This document shows positions 24,464 to 37,463 of a stretch of DNA of 64,000 nucleotides, in pieces. The DNA is from Octopus sinensis (lineage: Eukaryota). The first letter of the stretch is position 1, and every line of letters starts with the position of its first letter. The notes beneath the pieces are model-generated. The model worked only from the letters and a program-made list of their open reading frames with translations. It searched no databases and was not told the DNA's origin. The position numbers were made by a program, and so were the translations under genes. Location: positions 12,710,001 to 12,774,000 of the forward strand of contig NC_043010.1 of the NCBI RefSeq assembly GCF_006345805.1, in the 5' to 3' direction.

Positions 24464-24850
24464 TCAATTTAGTAATACTAAATCAAATTTCACAATATAT
24501 AATACATGTATATAAATTAGAGAAGAACCACCAACAATGATATACTTAAATTATACCATATAGAAATAAATTATTGATACGATAAAACATTTACCTAGAA
24601 CTAAATAAAGTACTAAATAATAAATAAATCGTATATAATTAGTAAATATATGATTTATTTATTATTTAGTACTTTATTTAGTTCTAGGTAAAGGTTTTTT
24701 TTTTCTATATGGTATGATTTAAGTATACCATAGTTGAATTGCTTTATGGTAGTTCTCTAATTTAAATATACATATATATATATTTATGTGTATGTGTGTC
24801 TTTGTTTGTCACCCCCACCATTACTTAACAACAGTTTGACAAAAGAGACC

Positions 24851-24898
<48 letters not shown>

Positions 24899-24902
24899 TA
24901 AT

Positions 24903-25314
24903 AAACTGAGCAAATATAAAGATCTTGAAATAGAAATCGGCAAAATGTGGAACCTGAAGACTAAAACAATACCTGTTGTCATAGGTGCCTGGGAATGATA
25001 GCAAAAGGGGCTGATCGCTACCTAACTCAGATACCAGGAAACCCCAAAATGGCAGAAATTCAAAAGATAGTGCTCATGGGAACTGCTCATATCCTACGCA
25101 AAATACTTTCTATGTAATCTCAAGTTTTAAAACAAACATAATTTTCGTATGTTTTTTTTTTTTGACATTCACTAGTACAACACTAAGTACGAAACCAAAT
25201 ATATGGCACACTAGGCATAACAACAATACGAACTTCCAACCTGTTGTCTCTTGAGGTCTCTGGGTGAGACTTGGAGCCAACTTGTACAAATATAAAGCAA
25301 AAGTCAAACATAGA
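24903..25314 (+). mobile_element. R4/Dong-type 3' fragment, second subfamily
   Basis: KLSKYKDLEIEIGKMWNLKTKTIPVVIGA... (frameshift) ...AEIQKIVLMGTAHILRKILSM*; (TAA)n on both sides. Confidence 0.8.
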
Positions 25315-26024
25315 ATAATAATAATAATAATAATAGGGAATATAATTCCAAACTTACAGGGAAAAATTCGATTTAATAAGTACTAGGCTTACAAAAGAAT
25401 AAGTCCCACAGTCGATTTCTTCAACTAAAACCCCTTTAAGATGGTGCTCCAGCATGGCCACAGTCAAATGACTGAAACAAGCAGAATGATAAAAGAATAA
25501 CAGACACTGGTGAATAAAGCAATAATAAGATTAAAATACAGAGGAAGGATGAATGTTGTGAGTTGTGAGTATAAATGTGTTTATTAGTGATAATGGTTGA
25601 AAAAAATTGTTGAATATTGTATTGATAGTGAAAAGTTGAAGATAAAATAACTTAATAGTGTTGATGTTTACAGTAATAAAGGACAGCAGAAAATGAGGGA
25701 AGGTGAAGCATATGGCTTGGTAAAAAGTAAATGGTTTAGGTTAAAAAGTTTGAATGAAATTTAAATTTAAAAGATAAAAGATAATAGGGTAGAAAGTATG
25801 TTGTGGGTGGGCAGGGGAGGTTGACTAAAAGATCGAACAGACCAGTTCCTGTAATGTGTTTGGCAGAAATAGGGAAACTGTGCAAGTGGGATGGGACCCG
25901 ACTGTAGTGTTGTTTATGGAGGAGATAACAAAAAAATTGTGAAGAGGAAAAGGAGGAAGAGGAGGAATTCGAGGGGTTAGGAGGCAGGGAAGAGAGTGGT
26001 GGTGGTGGTGGTAGAGTAGGAGGA

Positions 26025-26073
<49 letters not shown>

Positions 26074-26655
26074 GCACCAAGATATTGAATTTCAAATACA
26101 AATGGAAAGAGAAAATATATGAGGGGAAGTAGGAAATTTATATAAAAAACGAAAGTGATGTGAATTAAGGTGGAAAAGCCAGAAGCTTAATAAAACACAG
26201 AAATAAACTATGGACAGTGAACTGGAGTGGGACTTCTGTGAGAGATTTGGCAAAATATGAGTCTAGAAAAAGAGGGCTGGACAATAAAAAATGAAAAGGT
26301 GTAAATGAAGGGATCAGGGTGCAGAAATGGTATGAGTATTATAAAATCATTTGGATTGTGGATTGGATTGGATTGGATTGGATTGCCTATGTTCAATCCA
26401 TGCCAGGACAAGGAAGGGCCTCAGCCTATTATCTCCACAAGAGAATGGCTTGGGATTTATACTGGTTTAATGAGCATTCTCTGCCTCACTGGCTCGGTGT
26501 AGCTTTTGTACTTAAGCTCAGGAGTAGGTAGGTCAATTAAATTGACCCCAGTGCTCAACTCGTACCTATTTTATTGATCCCAAAGGGACGAGAGGCAAAA
26601 TCGATCTTAGCAGAACTTGATCTCAGAATGTAAACACAGACAATATACTGTTAAG

Positions 26656-26814
26656 CATGGGTTAGATGGTTTGACCAGGACTGGTAAGCTAAGGGGCTGC
26701 ACCGGACTCCATTCTGATTTAGCATGGTTTCTACTGTTGGATGCCCTTCCTAACACCAACCACTCCAAGAGTGTAATGGGTACTTTTACGAGCCAGTTGC
26801 ATGACACTGGCATC
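26656..26814 (-). mobile_element. Diverged S3 element, upstream of the 260-bp element
   Basis: Homology to S3. Confidence 0.7.
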
Positions 26815-26827
26815 TGCCACAATTATG

Positions 26828-27088
26828 GGGTAGAAAGGGCTCCTTAGCCGTAGTGAAGGCAATCTATCTAGGGAGATAACCTTACAATAAATCACTCGGT
26901 CCGTAGCTTAGAAATACTGGGTTGACGTCCAGCGGGAACAGCTTTGTTTCATGGAGGAGGAAAGATCTTCTTTAGTACTTGGTTGTACAATGCTTTCCAA
27001 TGTGTGTAGTAGTGGCACGCGCACACATTATTAGCCATTTGAAAAGACTATGAAAGTCTCAACCACGGTCGAACAATGATGATGATGA
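26828..27088 (+). mobile_element. About 260-bp (GAT)n-tailed retroposed element, copy B
   Basis: 13-bp TSD TGCCACAATTATG at 26815-26827 and 27089-27101. Confidence 0.85.
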
Positions 27089-29989
27089 TGCCACAATTAT
27101 GATTTCACTTGGCGTGAAATTGTAGTTGCAGCAGATTTTTAAATTTTATGTTTGCATGAAAACAACCTCTCAGAACATCTGTAGAGGACCCTTTCTTAGT
27201 TGAATTTCAAAAACATCTCCATAGCATAATTGCATGTTTTCTTATCACTAATGTAAGACATGTTTCTACCTAATATCTCCTATTTAGGCAATATGATGTA
27301 TCTTATATCCTTAATGAATGAGGTTTCTCCCGTTATATCCTTAATAAAGAGATTTCTCCAGGAGAAAATGTGTACTGGTCGAACAAGGGTTTGAAAGAGT
27401 CGATGCTAATTTTGTTAGAGTTATTCGCGATTACTTTACATAGACAAATAATGTCTTTAGCTTGAACTGAGCAGGGGCAAGAACAAGGATTGGTACAATT
27501 GCAGTTGTTATTAGGGGTAAGTGGAATAATTAAACATTTGATGTTTAAAAAATTGCCTTATATTTTTATAATTAGATATTATTCGGAATTGTATAAACAA
27601 AAGATTGTTAAAATATTTTGTGTATTGTAAAAGTAGAACCAATTTATTGCAGATCCATTTTAACAGAATCTTATATGGAATGCCAAAGGTCATATGAACC
27701 CCAGTTGGGACCCACTGATTTCAAGCAACAGAAATCAAACTGTTTACTGTAAAAATAGTTCAGAAGTGAAATAAATTAGTCTTTAGTGTGCAGGGCAGGA
27801 AAAAAAAAAGTGTAATATTATGGGTTGTACTTTTCAGAGAAGAATGGTGTTTTCAGGAAACACTATCCTCCATCAAAGGGCCAGGGGAGGAACAAAAGAA
27901 GGGAGGGAGGGCAATCACACCAATTTACAGGTGTAATTGGGCAGAAAATTCCTTCTGTAGCCTATAACATCTGTTAATTAAAATGGAAGCACCAAAGGTC
28001 TTTTCTTCTAGACACTGAGAATGTTTGCTCAGGGCATGTTTTAACATCATTTAAGGTTCTTGGTTAGGGTAATACAGATAAGCTTCGGGCCTCTAGACCT
28101 GCTGTGAAACCCCCAAGTAATTACCCAGTATGCCCTTGCTACACTACAATTCTTGCTATATCTCTGTACTTGCTAAGTCCCCACAAAAATTCCTTAGACT
28201 TTTCAGCTTTGTTACACGGAAAATCAATTTATTAAACTTTTGGATTGTTTGCAGACCATCATTAATTTCCTCAAATTCTAGCTTTCACTCACAGTAAAAC
28301 AGTTTTAACACATCTCCATTTTCAAAACTATTCAGGAAGGAAGAGTTTTACATTAATATCCTGAAAAGGCTTAGTTCTTTAAACTTGCCATCTTATATCC
28401 GAGTTCTGTGATCTGATCTCTTTTATGTAATTAAACAACAAGGATACAAAAAGAACAGGTAATTCCTACCTGCAGGTATGAAAGCACAAGAAAAATGTTT
28501 TCTCACTGATACTTGTATAAAGAGAAATAATCTCATTTAATGCCTCATTGCAATTTGATCTCGTATAGCATAAGGACTATTTCCATTATTGAAAGACATA
28601 ATAAATAGGGTTTAGCCACTTGATAGATCACAGTCAGTTGTTATCCATTCTTGTTGTTCTCTATCTTCTGGTAATCAAAGTAAGAGCCAGTTTTTTTTTT
28701 TCCCTCGTAGTCTTCCATATACATGCTGTGTTTTTTACTTCTGCGAATGTGTTTCTATCATTTTATCAACTCCAGAAGAGGGACATATTAGATTGACCCT
28801 AATAGAATTTGAAATCAGAACCAATCTAGCACTGTTATGAATCAACCATCAATTCAGTTATTTCGCTTTCTAACATTTCCCTTTTACAGTGTAACAAAAT
28901 GAAGCCAGATATGTAAAAGCAGATAGAGAAGAAACAAAAACAGGAAACAAACAACATATCTAAAGAAAGCTACTTTAATGAATGGACGATCGGCTCGCTT
29001 CTAATCTACTGCTTGTCTTCAAATAACTTGTCTTTAGATTATAGCGGCACCATGAGAAAAATCTCTTTAACTTGTTCCAGTAAATATACACCGGGCTTTT
29101 GATCAATAAAAGCTGTAAGTGATATGTTAATCTTGAGATAGAACATTAAGTTAAGAGTTAGATTTCCACCCAGTTTCCCCACTTCAGATGATTGTGGAAA
29201 AACAGAAACAACTTTGGCTGTTTTGTAGATAGAAACGCTCATCGTTTAAAGTTATCTACTTGGCTTATTATTCACAATCACATACTCTAGATGGGTCTCT
29301 TAATCTATAAAGCTTTACTCACCACATATAAATCAACATACACCGAGTATTTCACTCTTTATGCAGTCTCTTACTCACAAGACAAACTTAGCCAAAGGAG
29401 AATTATCAACAGAAACCATTCCATTTTCTGTGGAATGCGCATATATGAACAATATATAAAATTGATTTTTAAATATATCGTGTATCTTATTAAAATTTTG
29501 ATGTCCTTTTTTTTTTTTAGTCGATAATATTAATTTATTTGTAAACACAAAAGAATGTAGACTTTATAGTCGAAATAAAAATTATTCAAATTTCATTCAA
29601 ATCAAATATATTTTGAAAATCAAGCATAAACAATGCTTTTTTCCTCATAGATATTCTTTAATAACCAAGATTCACACTCATTCATACAAACACATACTGA
29701 CACACACATACACACATGCATACACTCAAAAACACTCTCTCCTCACAAACATACACACACACATACACACACATGCATATACGTTTGTTTGCTTTACAGT
29801 ATAAGTGTGTGCTAGGATATGTGGGTGCAATTTTAATATGATAATATATATGTGTGAGCTTCTATGAATATTTCATTATAAACTTCTTTCAGTATGAATA
29901 AAGACGCACATATTACCTCAATTACATATACATGTGAGTGCATATGTGCGTATGAAAGGCCCTGTGCGTGTGCATGTATATAAACGCAC

Positions 29990-30160
29990 ATACAATAAAC
30001 AAAGATACATATATATATATATATAATAATATATATATATATATATATAATATATATATGTACACATATATACATATATATATATATATACATATATTAT
30101 ATATATTATATATATATATACACACATATATACATATACATATATATATATATACATACA

Positions 30161-30194
<34 letters not shown>

Positions 30195-30260
30195 TACATA
30201 CATATATATATATATATATACATACATACATATATATATATATAGATATATATATATACA

Positions 30261-30325
<65 letters not shown>

Positions 30326-30368
30326 ACACATGTATATATACATATATGTATATATGTATATATACATA

Positions 30369-30446
<78 letters not shown>

Positions 30447-30679
30447 GACATACAGAGGCAAATAAGAGATATATAAATATATAAGTAAACATTTCACTTC
30501 CTTTCTTCAGTACATTGCTACCTTCTTTGTCTTTGCATGAATCTAATATATGTATATGCATGTTATATACATTTATGCTTTACACAAAGGTATGTAGAAC
30601 AGTCCATATATGTAGGCAAAATGTTTGTAAACATACCATACATATACATACGAATATACATGTGTGTATATGTGTATAC

Positions 30680-30728
<49 letters not shown>

Positions 30729-30982
30729 TGTATATATGAGCATGTTATTCTGTGTTCACTGTAAATATTTATATTTTTATACTTATATGTGTATGTGTGT
30801 ACACACACATATACACACACAATCTATCAATATGCATGTGTGAGTGGGCATAACAATACTTATACATAAGTTTATATGAATATATTTGTACATTTATATA
30901 CATTGTGTATACATTTACTCATACTTACACAAATATGTAATATATACATGCAGATGTAAATGTATTCACTTGTGCATGTGTG

Positions 30983-31020
<38 letters not shown>

Positions 31021-31161
31021 TAGATAGATGTAGATATAGGTAGATAGATAGATAGATTGATAGATAGATAGATGGAGAGATAGAGAGATAGATAAATACA
31101 TACATAGACAGACAGACAGACAGATTGAGTGACAGACAGATAGACAAACAGACAGACAGGC

Positions 31162-31202
<41 letters not shown>

Positions 31203-31884
31203 TACACATACATGCTTGTATTCATACATACATACATTGCCAGAAATACAAGTATATATATATATACTCAGTTATACGCATGTGTATGTGTGTTTGTTCC
31301 TTGGTCTACATTTCCATGTATGTACACATGTGGAACACATGTATGTGCGTGCATGTAACATATATATGCATGAATGTGGTACAGGCATATCTTTGAATAC
31401 ATTCGTACGGTGGTTGTATAGAATAGAGGAAAAAAAGACCTTTATTCTGTATGTATGCTTGTTTCCATTATAAATCTGTAGGTTTAATTATGAAGAAAAA
31501 GATTCGGTAAAAACTGCAAACAACATTGAAATCATCCAATAGCTATATCGGAGAAGATAATAAAAGATGCAATATGAACCAATCAATACAGAACGTTACT
31601 CTCGTAACCATACGCTCTGTTATCCACCAAGTTTTGTCTTCGACATTCACTCTTTTGTGTGCTATGCCTTCTTTCTTTCTTCTTTCTTTCAATCTTCTTT
31701 CTTTCTTTCTTTCTTATCTGCTTTGGGGTTTTTCTTTTATTTTCTTTATAGACTTTCTTTCTTTCTATCTATCAATTTATCTATCTGTCTGTCTGTCTGT
31801 TGATATCTTTATCTATCTATCTATCACTCTATAATATGTCAGTCTATCTTTCTGTCTTTCTATCTAGTGATTAATCTGTCTCAG

Positions 31885-31959
<75 letters not shown>

Positions 31960-32049
31960 CTCCATCTATCTATCTACCTACCTACCTACCTACCTACCTA
32001 TCTACCTACCTATCTATCTCTTTGTCTACCAATATATATCTGACAATCA

Positions 32050-32119
<70 letters not shown>

Positions 32120-32225
32120 TTGTCTGTCTGTATGTCTGTATGTTTGTCTGTCTGTCTGTCTGTCAGTATGTATGTATGTATGTATGTATGTCTATTTATC
32201 TATGTAATTATTTCTCTCTCTCTCC

Positions 32226-32262
<37 letters not shown>

Positions 32263-32340
32263 ATATATCTATCTATCTATCTATCTATCTATCTGTTTGT
32301 CAGTATGTCTGTCTGTCTTTCTGCCTGCCTGCCTGCCTGT
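29990..32340. repeat. Block of (TA)n, (TAGA)n and (TCTA)n microsatellites with short unique spacers
   Basis: Direct reading. Confidence 0.9.
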
Positions 32341-32719
32341 CACTCAATTCTTTTCTCTACTTTCTTAAAACACTTTCTTTTCTTTTCTTTTCTTTTCATT
32401 CTTTCTTTCTTTCTTTCTCTCTTTTATAGCATGGAAACTACAATAGCTCTGGGCCATAGCACTTACATGGAAAAATGAGAGAAAAACATGAAGAGGAAGA
32501 CCAAAAGGCAACTTTGAACAATAACAACAACAATAATAATAATAATGATGATGATGATGATGATGATAACAATAATAAAATAAATGAATAAAATAAATAA
32601 ATAAATAAATAAGCAAATAATAATTTCATATATGTTGTTATTAATTTTGCAGTGGTGGTCATGGTGGTGATGGTGGTGGTGGTGGTGTCAAGAAGAATAC
32701 CACCATCGCTTTTTGCAAC

Positions 32720-32754
32720 AACATGATGGCGATGATGATGATGATGATGATGAA

Positions 32755-32787
<33 letters not shown>

Positions 32788-32857
32788 GGTGGTGGTGGTG
32801 GTGATAATGGTAATTATGATGATAATTGTGATGATGCTGGTGATGGTGATGTTGGTA

Positions 32858-32891
<34 letters not shown>

Positions 32892-33220
32892 CGATGATGA
32901 AGATGATGATGATGATGGTGGTGGTGGTGGTGGAGGTGGTGATGGCGGTAGTGATAATGGTAATTATGATGATAATTGTGATGATGCTGGTGATGGTGAT
33001 GTTGGTAATGATGACGATGATGAAGATGATGATGATTATGGCACTGTTTATGATGAAGATGATGATGATGATGATGATGATTATGGCACTGTTTATGATG
33101 AAGATGATGATGATGATGATGATGATTATGGCACTGTTTATGATGAGATGATGATGATGATGATGATGATGATTATGGCACTGTTTATGATGAAGATGAT
33201 GATGATGATGATGATGAAGT
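32720..33220. repeat. (GAT/GGT)n compound microsatellite with higher-order duplications
   Basis: Two copies of a ~180-bp unit, then four copies of gattatggcactgtttatgatga. Confidence 0.9.
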
Positions 33221-33511
33221 GATGAAGTGTGAACATGTGATGACAGTGGTTGTTATATGTTTGCTGTTGTTTTTGTCATTCCTGTTGTTGTTATTGTTGT
33301 TGTTGCTCTTGTTGTTGTTGTTGCTCTTATTGTTGTTGTTGTAGTTGTAATAGATTTTTAGGAGGGAGGTGGTGGCGACGGGGATGGAGAAGGATTTAAT
33401 AATAAAATTTATATTAATAAAGCCACTAATAAAAATCTTTGTTACCACTTTTATTAAAAGTGATAATGCTGCTTGTGCTGGTAGTCATAATAGACAACAG
33501 CATCATCATCA

Positions 33512-33562
<51 letters not shown>

Positions 33563-34203
33563 TTTGGAGCATGACTTCTTCAGTGTTACTAAAGAACAAC
33601 GCAAAATACAAAGCAGAAATGCAAAAAAAAAATTAAAAAAATAATAATAATAATAATGAATAAATAAATAAATAACAGAAGAAAAGAATAGAAAAAAAAG
33701 AAAATGAAAACAGGAAAGAAAGATGAAAAAAATAAAGAGAGTAAGAAAGAAAGAAAGAAAGAAAGAACAAAAGAAAGAGGACAATGCCATTGATAATGAA
33801 AATGGTGGTGGTGGTGGTGGTGGTGGTGGTGGTGGTGTTATTGATAATGATAAATATCATCAAGAACACTATTGTGGAAATATCACTTTTGATGATGATG
33901 ACGATGATGATGATGACAGTCATGGTAGTAATGATGACAATGACAATGATGATCATAGTGATGGTAGTGATGTTGATGATGATGATGATGTCGATGGTGA
34001 TGCTTGTAGTGATAATGATGATGATGATGATGATGAGGAGGAGGAGGAGGAGGAGGCTGGCAGTTGTGGTGATGATAGAGATACTACTAATGATGATTAT
34101 GGTGTCGTTAGCCCTAGGTAGGCCAAGACTGATTGCACAGGAACTCTAATCAAAGGTATACCAGCCATGACAATGCCCACCTTTTCGTTTTGGGTGGGGC
34201 ATA

Positions 34204-34552
34204 TACTCTTTTACTCTTTACTCTTTTACTTGTTTCAGTCATTTGACTGCGGCCACGCTGGAGCACTGCCTTTAGTCGAGGAAATCAACCCTGGGACTTA
34301 TTCTTTGTAAGCCCAGTACTTATTCTATCGGTCTCTTTTGCCGAACCGCTAAGTGACGGGGACGTAAACACACCAGCATCGGTTATCAAGCAATGCTAGG
34401 GGGACAAACACAGACACACAAGCACACACACATATACATACATATATATATACATATATACGACAGGCTTCTTTCAGTTTCCGTCTACCAAATCCACTCA
34501 CAAGGCATTGGTCGACCCGGGGCTATAGCAGAAGGCACTTGCCCAAAAGTGC
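34204..34552 (-). mobile_element. S1 SINE, 5'-truncated
   Basis: Homology to S1. Confidence 0.88.
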
Positions 34553-34816
34553 CCTTTTTTTCCTTTGTAAGACAATAAGGTGTGATTTTAGGGAGATATA
34601 GCAGCAGCTATTTCTAGCCAAATTCTGAAGAACCAAAACAAATCCTGATATCATAACCTCTTGACACTGGACAATCCCATGGAGTTCCATCTTTTACACA
34701 TCACACCAATATCAGAAGTTATAAGTTTTCACACATAATGGCATTATTACTGAAACACGAAATTAACGAATGAAGAATACAATTATGAATATATCATAAC
34801 TATTATATTCATGTAA

Positions 34817-35422
34817 TCTTTATATATAAAAGAGAGGTTGTGTGCTGTCTGTCTCCTACGATTTAGATTCCTAACTACTCCCACATTTTGCGATGCAGTT
34901 TAACCAAAAGCGGGTATCTTATAGTCGTGATTCATATCGAGCCCTTCTGAGTATTAGCGCGCATCTACAATGAGTCTATGATTTTAAAAAAAAATTTACC
35001 ATCATTTTTTTCCATTTTAATGCATTTTTTCGCTATTATATAAGGGAAGTAACTCTCTAAAAATGTCTACGATGAGTCAATGATTTAAAAAAAAAATTTA
35101 CCATCATTTTTTTCCATTTTAATGCATTTTTTCCGCTATTATATAAGGGAAGTAACTCTCTAAAAATGTCTACAATGAGTCTACGATTTAAAAAAAAATT
35201 TACCATCATTTTTTTCCATTTTAATGCATTTTTTCGCTATTATATAAGGGAAGTAACTCTCTAAAAATGTCTACGATGAGTCTACGATTTAAAAAAAAAT
35301 TTACCATCATTTTTTTTCCATTTTTAATGCATTTTTTTGCTATTTTTTGGCTGTAACTCTCTAAAAATGCTTATATAGTTATTTCCCTTACAAACCCGAG
35401 CAACGCCGGGCGATACTGCTAG
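34817..35422 (+). mobile_element. Non-autonomous Helitron with internal tandem array
   Basis: A|TC start, subterminal hairpin cccgagcaacgccggg, CTAG|T end. Confidence 0.85.
34964..35369. repeat. About 4 copies of a 101-103-bp tandem unit inside the Helitron
   Basis: Units start at 34964, 35066, 35169 and 35270. Confidence 0.9.
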
Positions 35423-36247
35423 TATATTATATTCATGTAATATAAGAGAAATGAGTTAAAAATTGTTTGGTACGAGTCATGGCACCTTTTATTTTTATCC
35501 GCTCATTCCTGCCAACTTTAGAATCTGTTTACGCCACTGATTCTCCGCGTTTAGAATCTCAACCTCATTTATTTAATCCATGGTGGTTAATTACTTTCAT
35601 TCTACTGTTTATACAAGCGACATTCTCATACATGTGATTCTGATTGCTCATACCGCTTGAATATATATAGATTCATTGACCCAGGGATTGAACTTACGCC
35701 CATCCGGTTAACTGCAACACTTAACATTTGACACTCATTCGAGGCATTAATTCATGAAGCCATTGTCCTATAGGACAATTAAGTTATGGAAATTAGAAGC
35801 TTCGAAACCCAATTTTCTTTTTTATGGTCTCAAGGCTTAAATGTTATTTGATTTCTAATTAAAGCCTTCCATATGGTGTTTATCTCTCAGTTAGGCTTTA
35901 GCATATCTTTTCCTTGTTTTCTTTTTCTTTTTTAGTTTGTTTTGTTTCAGTCACTGGGGGCTACAGCCATGCCCATCCTTGAGCATTGCCTCGAAGAGAT
36001 TAGTAAAACAAATTGACCCCATTTTTTTTTTACCAAGTTTGGTATGTTGGTTAATTATTCTGTAAGCTTTTATTTTGGGGGCTGAACTGCCAGTTTTTCA
36101 GGGACATAAACAAATTAACACCAACTGCTATGGTGTAAGGGAACAAATTCTAACACAAAGACACATACATACACACACAAACATACATACACACACAAAC
36201 ACACACACATACACACATGTGCACACACACATACACACACACACACA

Positions 36248-36625
36248 TACTCTTTACTCTTTAACTTGTTTCAGTCATTGGACTGTGGCTATGCTGGAGC
36301 ACCGCCTTTAGTCGAGCAAATCAACCCCAGGACTCATTCTTTGTAAGCCTAGTACTTATTCTATCAGTCTCTTTTGCCGAACCGCTAAGTTACGGGGACA
36401 TAAACACACCAGCATCGGTTGTCAAGCGAAGTTGGGGGACAAATTCAGACACAGAAACATACAGACACACACACACATACGGGCTTCTTTCAGTTTCCAT
36501 CCACCAAATTCACTCACAAGGCATTGGTTGGCCCAAGCCTATAGTAGGAGACACTTGCCTAAGGTGCCATGAAGTGGGACTGAACCCAGAACCATGTGGT
36601 TCGTAAGCAAGCTACTCCTATGCCT
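36248..36625 (-). mobile_element. S1 SINE
   Basis: Homology to S1. Confidence 0.85.
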
Positions 36626-36991
36626 ATATATGTGAATTCAGTTCGAATTCTACTAGTGGCGACACCTTGAACAAAGCTACATAGATAATTTTCAACCAAG
36701 ATGAAATTTAAATGCTGCTGGACCAACAGGATGCAAATGGACAGTGGGCTTCCCCACAGATTCCATCTACCAAATTCCACTCACAAGGCATTGGTCAGTC
36801 TGGACCTATAGCAGCGGACACTCATCCAATGTACCATGCACTTGAACTGAGCCTTAAGGCACGTGGATGCAAAGCAAGCACAACATTCCAGTGTTGGTCC
36901 CTATCCCTTATCTTGACTTTGATCCTCAATGGTTTCTGATTTATGTATGCCTTCCCCAAATGATCAGCTAAACCTTATTTCTCTGAAATCT

Positions 36992-37197
36992 AATGAAGCT
37001 GGTCCTCTGTGGATCACATCCCTACTTCTCAACATAGTCACCATTTCTTTCAATAGCAATGTTCCACCTTCGAATGAGAGCATGTATCCCTGCCCTGTAA
37101 AATTCTGCTGACTGTTCTTTGAGCCACTTCTTCACAACAGTTTTCACTTCCTCGTCACTGGAATAATGTTTGACTCTCAAACCTTCTTTCATGGGGT
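36992..37197 (-). mobile_element. Mariner transposase C-terminal fragment
   Basis: PMKEGLRVKHYSSDEEVKTVVKKWLKEQSAEFYRAGIHALIRRWNIAIERNGDYVEK*. Confidence 0.8.
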
Positions 37198-37211
37198 CAA
37201 AGAGATGATAG

Positions 37212-37463
37212 TCCAGTGACTAGGAAGTGAAAACTGTAGTGAAGAAGTGGCTCAAAGAACAGACAACAGAATTTTACGGGGTAGGGATACATGCTCTCAT
37301 TCAAAGGTGAAACATTGCTATTGAGAGAAACAGTGACTATGTTGAGAAGTAGGGATGTGATCCACAGAGAACCAGCTTCATTTTGATGTATGATACATGT
37401 TCCTTTGTTGGTAATTATACCTGTCCTAAACAAAATGGTATTACTTTTTGACTCAACCTCATA
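37212..37463 (+). mobile_element. Mariner C-terminal fragment with right TIR
   Basis: SSD*EVKTVVKKWLKEQTTEFY...DYVEK*, then ttactttttgactcaacctca|TA. Confidence 0.8.

Noticed and set aside
26828-26900. Canonical HDV-like ribozyme call
   Set aside because: Lacks the L3 CC/P1.1 pair, P4 and the catalytic J4/2 cytosine; kept only as a possible pseudoknot.
32713-33222. Asp/Gly-rich ORF with repeated DYGTVYDE units
   Set aside because: All frames give homopolymers, there are no splice signals, and the frame shifts within the last unit; it is a compound microsatellite.
34801-35440. 16-bp apparent TSD around a Helitron
   Set aside because: Equally explained by an 18-bp tandem duplication (ttatattcatgtaatata x2) with a normal A|T insertion in the first unit.
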